64,000 nt of DNA, from positions 12,134-76,133 of IMG/VR virus record IMGVR_UViG_3300033407_000004. One strand, 5' to 3'. The notes under the pieces were generated by a model, which had not been told where the DNA came from, did no database searches, and was given only the letters and a program-made list of their open reading frames with translations. Shown here piece after piece: positions 57,924-64,000 of the stretch; the stretch's first letter is position 1, and every line of letters begins with the position of its first letter. Position numbers and translations under genes: made by a program. Source of the DNA: a virus. Taxonomy: Duplodnaviria; Caudoviricetes.

Positions 57924-57943
57924 GTCCAACCAGGCATTAGATC
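57924..57943 (-). promoter_or_regulatory. attI-like recombination site
   Basis: Minus: GATCTAAT-GCCTG-GTTGGAC; no attC hairpin; terminates the array. Confidence 0.5.
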
Positions 57944-57963
57944 GTCTTTAAAAGGTATCGAGT

Positions 57964-58233
57964 ATGCTAAACAATCGTAAAACACGCGAAGAGATTAGGG
58001 AATTTAACTCCCGACGCGCTAGCCATGCAGCAAATGTTAGGTGGCAACGGGAACACGAAAACAGTCCGTGCCCAATCTATGGCGATCCGAGACCTGACGA
58101 AATGTATGAGTTTGTCATGCGAAATAAAATGTCAGGCAAAGAGCATACATTCTGTTTCATCCGGGGCCGCGCAATGATTCGTTCAGGATTGATATGGACG
58201 GAGAGCCGTGGAAAGTTGGCGGATTCACGCTGA
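57964..58233 (+). CDS. Hypothetical protein
   Basis: ORF only; no integrase motifs. Confidence 0.4.
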   Translation: MLNNRKTREEIREFNSRRASHAANVRWQREHENSPCPIYGDPRPDEMYEFVMRNKMSGKEHTFCFIRGRAMIRSGLIWTESRGKLADSR

Positions 58234-58282
58234 TATTTAGGGAGCTTCAAAGAAGTCTAGTCAAGACCAAGCCGGGGAGGTC

Positions 58283-58801
58283 ATGGTGAGACAAAAAAAA
58301 TTAAAGACACGCAAAGGAAACGAACTCTCCACTGAACATTTAAAGGCGAGAATTTTGAATTCTGTCAATATAGATACTTCGTCTGGGTGTTGGCTGTGGA
58401 CAAGAACTTGTAATAACAAGGGATACGGAACCATGACAGTAAACAAAAAGACTGTCCTTTCGCATCGCATCAGCTTTGAGGTATTTAATAGAAGATTGCT
58501 TGATCGAACACTAGTATTGCATCGTTGCGACAATCCGCCTTGCTGTAATCCAAATCATTTATTTTCAGGGACTCATCAAGATAACGTGCTTGATGCAATC
58601 AAAAAGGGGCGATTGTTTAGACTTCCACCCATAAGCTTTACAGGCTCATCAAATCCAATGTCTAAGCTTATTGAAAAAGATGTGAAGGAAATAAGAACAA
58701 GACTTTCCAGTGGAGAGTTTCAAGAAAGTATAGCCAAAGACTATGGTGTATCTAAATCATTGATTTCTGCAATTGCAACCGGCAGGCTATGGAGTATTTA
58801 A
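58283..58801 (+). CDS. HNH endonuclease with C-terminal HTH
   Basis: GCWLWT...KGYG...HRISF...VLHRCDNPPCCNPNHLFSGTHQDN. Confidence 0.9.
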   Translation: MVRQKKLKTRKGNELSTEHLKARILNSVNIDTSSGCWLWTRTCNNKGYGTMTVNKKTVLSHRISFEVFNRRLLDRTLVLHRCDNPPCCNPNHLFSGTHQDNVLDAIKKGRLFRLPPISFTGSSNPMSKLIEKDVKEIRTRLSSGEFQESIAKDYGVSKSLISAIATGRLWSI

Positions 58802-58990
58802 ACCAAAGCGGGAGAATATTTTGATGACTGAATCGGATGTTTGTATCTGGAAAGCCCCAGACGGAATCTGCGGACCAGACTTATCAATCCCCGGCGAGCA
58901 GGTGCCGTGCAAAACGGAAGGATGCCGTCACTACGAAGCGTACAGGAAGCCGGCAATGCTGCCGGAAGAGAGCAGGAAGGAGGAGCAGGA

Positions 58991-60183
58991 ATGACAAAAG
59001 AAGAACTTGCATCACAACTTGATGGCGCTGAATACCCCCTCCGCATATCTGAGGATATGCGCAAGCTGGCAAAAGCATCGGGCCTCGTCGTCGTATACGG
59101 AGCGTCAGACGACCTCATGGAATTCGACGGTGCGATTCATGATGAGATAGGAGCGTATGAGGGTACTACGGCCAGACTCCATCGTACAGACATTTTGCAG
59201 CCTCATGATGATTGCGACTGCGAATACTGCGGGTACAAAGTGCTGGCCGCCAAGTGTGCCGCGATCAAGGCGATATGGGATCAGGACGGGTACGCGTGGG
59301 TATATGAAACGAATATCCCGCACGCTACGTTCGAGATTCTTGACGGTGGTGGAAGATACTGCCGGGGGATTGTGTTGAGCGTGGAAGATCTTCCGGTGGT
59401 ACTATGACCGGCGACATGCGCAATGGGCCGGTGACGGTGGAGATGAAGGGGAGGGAGAATGACTGAGACAGAGTGGCTCTGCAACTTAAAACCAGGAGAT
59501 GAGGTGTTTATCACACTCAGATACGGGAGGCATTATGACTCTGCTTTAGTTTCACGCATTACCGATTCGCAGATAGTCATATCATTCGCAAACTTATTAT
59601 CAGGATATAAATATGATAGAAAATTCAGGAAGCGTGATGGCGCTGAAATTGGTCTCATAGATAGGAATTATCTAAGAATGCCTACCCCTGAAAGAAGAGA
59701 AGAGCGAGAGATTGCATTGCTCCAGGACCGTGTGAATAGACTAAGGGGCAAGCTGAGTACGCCCAATGACCGTCAAACGCTCGAAGCTATGGTTGCAGCA
59801 CTGACGCCATTTGTGAAGGATACTATCAAGTGAGCTGCCAATACGTCCGCCAATACTACGGCGTCCCCGCCTGCATCGGCCGGCGCGTCACCTGTTACGG
59901 CAAGCCGGGGATAATCGTTGAGGATCGCGGGAACTATATCGGCGTCACCCTGGATGAGCAGAAACCCGGCACCGTGCGCAATTACCATCCGACAGACGGT
60001 ATCGTGTACGGGGAGATGGGCCGCATCAGGAAGATGACGCGCTCGCAGGCGAGATATAACGAGTACCGGAAATTCGCTGATTGCTTTGAGGACTTCAGGC
60101 ATTTCCTGATGTACGACTCGGCAAGGCGGCGCAGTGAGCCACATGAGGACCGTGGCGGGATGTTTGGGATGGGAGGGGTTTAA
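58991..60183 (+). CDS. Three conserved-type phage hypothetical genes (58991-59407, 59459-59833, 59830-60183)
   Basis: GLVVVYGASDDLMEFDGAI; YVRQYYGVPACIGRRV. Confidence 0.65.
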
Positions 60184-60185
60184 CC

Positions 60186-60590
60186 GTGAAGGCACTTTCC
60201 TTGCTCCAACCATGGGCCTCAGCGATCATGCTCGGATACAAGCAGATCGAAACGCGCTCATGGCGAACCGATTACCGAGGCCGCATAGCGATTCACGCAT
60301 CGAAGAGATTCACGAAAGATGATTGGGAGTTTATGCAGCACGAGCACTCAATCGGGAATTTATACCCGCCTGGATTGCCACTTGGGGCAATCATCGGACT
60401 TGCAACTATCGTGAGTTGCGAAAGGACTGAATATTGGAGGCCATTAATTTCCGAACTTGAAGATTCATATGGAGATTATTCCAATGGCCGGTGGGGATGG
60501 AAGCTTGCGGAGATTGAACCATTTGAAAAACCTATCCCGTGCAAGGGATCGCTCGGACTGTGGACTGTACCTGAAGGATTATTGGAATGA
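60186..60590 (+). CDS. ASCH domain protein
   Basis: KALSLLQPWASAIMLGYKQIETRSW...YRGRIAIHAS...KGSLGLW. Confidence 0.88.
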   Translation: MKALSLLQPWASAIMLGYKQIETRSWRTDYRGRIAIHASKRFTKDDWEFMQHEHSIGNLYPPGLPLGAIIGLATIVSCERTEYWRPLISELEDSYGDYSNGRWGWKLAEIEPFEKPIPCKGSLGLWTVPEGLLE

Positions 60591-60717
60591 CCGTTCCCAA
60601 AGAAACCGACCTCGCCAAAAAGGTTATTTCAATGCTTGCCGAAGCTGGATGGCTTGACATTTATCAGGAGGTGGTGGCCCCTGCTGGCCGCTTTCGCTGA
60701 ACTTTAAGGAGGAGTAA

Positions 60718-62005
60718 ATGCCAGAACCAAAAGACGAAACATGTCCCGACTGCGGACGGATCAAGGCGCGTAACGCTGCCGGGATGGGCATGGGCTACTG
60801 TCCGAAGTGGTACGCGATCCGGGACGCCGACGCAGAGCTCGACTGTGACAGGGTGCGGCAAATGAAAGACGGGTTGCATTGTCTATGGTCCCGTGCCGAT
60901 GAAGATTCGGATTGCTGGGAAACATCCTGCGGTAACGCCTTTTGCATTAATGATGGGACGCCGAAAGAGAATAATTTTAGCTTCTGCGCATATTGCGGGA
61001 AGCCGCTGATTGAAGATTCTGATTTATTGCCGGTTGATGGAGAATAATCGTGAACGAAAAACGCGCTAAGAAGCTCCTACAGTGCATAGCAGACAACAAC
61101 CCTGTTGAACTGGCTATCGGATTTCTGCGGTACGAAGCTTTGCGGAAATTGAACCCGCGTGAATTTACGGTGATCCATCAAAAGAATACTCAGGGCGCGT
61201 TTTTTGATGACCTAGTTGATGAGATGATTGAGAAGGAATGATTGAGATGGTGAAGGAGGAAGACTAAATGAAGTACCTTGATGAAGTTATAAAAGGCCCG
61301 TTGACGGAAGTCTTTATTGAAGGCCCTCCGTATCAAATTATGGGCGAAAAAACATGGCAACCAGCAAAGCCCATCGGAGGGGTAAGGTTTAAACAGAGGA
61401 TCAAAGACGCCTGGTATATCCTGACGAACCGGGCAGTTGCGGTACGGTGGTATTGATGCCCGCACAGGTGATCGTAAGCAAAAAAGGCGACGGCGCGGAA
61501 CTGGTTGAAGATACAGGGTTGCGCGTTCAAGTATCCCACCCTGACGGCATGAAACGCCGACATGCTGAAGTGGTCTTTGCGCGTCTCGGATGGTATCGCT
61601 ACGGGTCGTGGGCAAACAGGGAATTTGGGTATGCGGCTGAATTTAGAAGGCGATGAAAGGATAGCCATGGGCATGGAAACTGAACAAGAATTTTTAGCCG
61701 GCATGAAGCTATTCAACAACGACCATTTCCCCGACGGCTGGCCTGCCGTGCGGATGCGGGATATCAATAGGCTACTTGAGATAATTGCGGAGCGCGATAA
61801 GTCTCTCTCGGAACAGGCTAAAGATTATGCTGCTAGACACGTTGGCTTCGCGAAGGAGCTTGACCGTTTGTGCGAGGTCAATGAGGAACTAAGCAAGGCA
61901 CTTGAGTTAGCATGTGAACATGTTTTGCCTGCAAGCGTGAAGCTGGTTGATGATACATTCAGCATTGAGGAAATAAACAACAATGTTCCGCTGCAACAGA
62001 ACTGA
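60718..62005 (+). CDS. Small hypothetical genes (60718-61047, 61050-61241, 61268-61456, one ending 62005)
   Basis: Co-oriented with RBSs; CWETSCG...FCAYCGK motif. Confidence 0.5.
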
Positions 62006-62106
62006 GTTTCTGCGTGCAGACTGCATCATACCGAAACGTGGGAAGCACTGTTTGACATGAAGCAGGGTTGCGCAGTGATAGCGGAATACTTTGGGAAGGA
62101 GAAGTA

Positions 62107-62754
62107 ATGCAGCGATCAAACATAGAGTGGTGTTCGCACACGAGTAACCCGATACGTGGTAAGTGCCTACATTTATGCCCTTATTGCTACGCCGAACGCC
62201 TCCGCCTTCGCTTCAAGCAGCCGGAAGCCATCTCATGGGCAGGCAAGGAACTGTATGAGATCGAAAGGCGCAAGAAGCCGGCAACGATCTTCATGGGCAG
62301 CATGTATGACATCTTCGGGTCCTGGGTGCCTATCGAAATGCCGCAGATGATCATCGACACCGCGAAGCGTTGCGATCAACACTCCTTTATCTTTCTTACG
62401 AAGAACCCGGTGCGATACGGGATCTATGATTTCCCCGACAACTGCTGGATCGGCTACAGCGACGACGGCACGAAGGATATGCGCAACTGGGTGCATTTCA
62501 AGGGGCGCAAGAATACGTTCGTCTCGTTTGAACCGCTTATAGGCCGGACCATAAATATCAACATGTCCGTCGTGGGATCAGTAATCATCGGCGCAATGAC
62601 CGGCGGCGTAGACAATATCAGGCCCGACAGGGGTATCGTGGACGGGATTATCGCGGCGGCCGGCAGCAAGCCGGTATTTCTGAAAAACAACCTTATTGCG
62701 CTGTTTCCGGACCTTCCGAAAAGGCATGAAACGGCGTGGAAAATGGAGAAGTAA
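62107..62754 (+). CDS. DUF5131 (Gp37/Gp68) radical-SAM-like protein
   Basis: SNIEWC...NPIRGKCLHLCPYCYAE, IFMGSMYDIF, LTKNP, FVSFEPL. Confidence 0.85.
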   Translation: MQRSNIEWCSHTSNPIRGKCLHLCPYCYAERLRLRFKQPEAISWAGKELYEIERRKKPATIFMGSMYDIFGSWVPIEMPQMIIDTAKRCDQHSFIFLTKNPVRYGIYDFPDNCWIGYSDDGTKDMRNWVHFKGRKNTFVSFEPLIGRTININMSVVGSVIIGAMTGGVDNIRPDRGIVDGIIAAAGSKPVFLKNNLIALFPDLPKRHETAWKMEK

Positions 62755-62997
62755 TGAGGCCGATAAAGTTCATACTGTACGACACCCAAACGCAAGGAGT
62801 GGGTACAGAAATGGGGACCATGTGGCAGTCTGATCAAAAAATCGTCTTGGCGAAAGCTAAACGAAAGATGGAGAACGGGACGCTGGGAAAGGAGAATGTA
62901 TGAAAAACACTCTCGGATGGAAAAGCATGGGCTCTGCTGGAGCCTGCAATATTTGCGATCGAGAGTGGAAACACAAAAAAGAGCGCAAGGAGGGGAA

Positions 62998-63234
62998 ATG
63001 ACCCGCACTGTCTTCCTCGACTCATTCAGCGGCGGAGCCGCTACAAGTATTAACCCAAAGGACCGCACCAGCGACAATGTGCTCCGTGTGCTGTCCAGTG
63101 ATCCGCGCGTCAGCACCTGGGACATGAGTGAACTTCCGTGGTTGCGGAAGGCGATAGCCGACCTTGTGGCTCGTGGGATGATCCGGGAGGTGGATGAGGC
63201 GTATCCGTGGTTGAGATACGAGGTGAAATGCTGA
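62998..63234 (+). CDS. Hypothetical protein
   Basis: RBS AAGGAGG; DPRVSTWDMSELPWL. Confidence 0.55.
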   Translation: MTRTVFLDSFSGGAATSINPKDRTSDNVLRVLSSDPRVSTWDMSELPWLRKAIADLVARGMIREVDEAYPWLRYEVKC

Positions 63235-63261
63235 GGCCGTCCCCTGTCAGGAAACGGCCTC
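63233..63261. terminator. Hairpin between convergent transcription units
   Basis: GAGGCCGT...ACGGCCTC; no U tract. Confidence 0.4.
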
Positions 63262-63290
63262 GTAGCTCCTTCTACGATTGGCAGATGAGC

Positions 63291-64000
63291 TTACCGCTTA
63301 GTATAGTGAAAAATAATATCTTTGATTGTTACCGACAACGCGCTTGCCGCATTATTTGTTTCCATCACCCTTGTAACTATCGAAATTGCGGATGAAGAAT
63401 TAAGCCATGCAGGGTTATCGAAGGTTTTTGTAAGCACATGATTTTCATGTGTTGACCCGTCACTATTAGACCTTTTTGCTGCTGTATCGTGGTTAGAGTC
63501 ATAGCTCATTGATAAATTCGACGGGATTGATGGCGCGGAACCGTCAGATGGCGCTGTTCTCGTTCTTACGGTAATCCCAATATCGTCACCTGGGTCAGAG
63601 TTTGTTATATTATATACCATGGTTACTGAGGTTGGCATTATCCCATATGAGGTAGTAGTAACCATAGAGACAGGAATCTCTATGACGTGAAAATGCTCCG
63701 TGTTGTTTGCTGCATCTCTTGCTAATGAGGGTAAATAGTCGGCGTCGTAAGTTCTTGTCCAAGTACCTGAAACAGCCGTTCCTAAAAGGCCAATTACCGA
63801 AAGACTGGCCGTTTCATCGTATCCCGAGAAATCGCCATAGTACCGATACCCATTATCTGTTATTGTGACCACTGCCCCTTCGTCTCTATTCCCTTGATAC
63901 CAAAAACTGTCATTTGCCGTTAAGGATATCACTGAAAGACCCGTGTAGTTTGATCCAATAAATGAATTAATAAATTTGATTTTTGGTTGATAGGAACCTA
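63291..64000 (-). CDS. C-terminal part of a probable tail spike/receptor-binding protein
   Basis: Frame open to the window edge; Ser/Thr/Asn-rich beta composition; AT-rich. Confidence 0.55.
   Translation of the reverse strand, partial: GSYQPKIKFINSFIGSNYTGLSVISLTANDSFWYQGNRDEGAVVTITDNGYRYYGDFSGYDETASLSVIGLLGTAVSGTWTRTYDADYLPSLARDAANNTEHFHVIEIPVSMVTTTSYGIMPTSVTMVYNITNSDPGDDIGITVRTRTAPSDGSAPSIPSNLSMSYDSNHDTAAKRSNSDGSTHENHVLTKTFDNPAWLNSSSAISIVTRVMETNNAASALSVTIKDIIFHYTKR

Noticed and set aside
57964-58233. ORF next to the attI-like site as the integrase
   Set aside because: 89 aa with no tyrosine-recombinase R-H-R-Y pattern.
58234-63234. Further attC sites downstream of the array
   Set aside because: Isolated TAAC/GTT words (e.g. 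near 60180) lack the paired stem and spacing.
1-64000. Stop-codon reassignment, DGR or group II intron
   Set aside because: Core genes are intact in code 11 and no reverse transcriptase motifs were seen.

Overview
The window is almost a whole tailed-phage genome (probably circularly permuted, slightly over 64 kb; ORFs run off both edges) with a P22-like podoviral morphogenesis module. The minus-strand late arm (33.4 kb down to 1) carries terS, HNH, terL, portal, scaffold, coat, a GT-MTase fusion, gp4/gp10-like tail proteins, ejection proteins including a 2566-aa polyvalent protein, fibres and two tnpB genes. A leftward arm (48.3 to 33.5 kb) carries a cro-like gene, RNA ligase, MTases and initiator/helicase/primase-ZnF genes. 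A rightward early arm (48.7-63.2 kb) carries AAA ATPase, recT, MBL hydrolase, PD-(D/E)xK nuclease, ninB and many small genes. The standout is two arrays of integron-type attC hairpins: 10 at 54.3-57.6 kb with an attI-like end site, and 5 at 35.3-37.8 kb. They delimit gene cassettes with complementary boundary boxes. Apart from one kilA-N gene, the ORFs are inverted relative to a classical integron, some attC loops carry the RBS and start of their own gene, and no integrase is in the window. Other points: a repeated boxA-like + conserved motif + terminator module, an IS1341-like tnpB element whose ends and TAM can be reconstructed, a second TnpB lacking the RuvC-II glutamate, Sec signal peptides on fibre-like proteins, a stand-alone HisKA-like protein, an Acr/Aca-like cassette and a dual-frame C5-MTase remnant. 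All product calls come from motif recognition by eye; no database searches were run.
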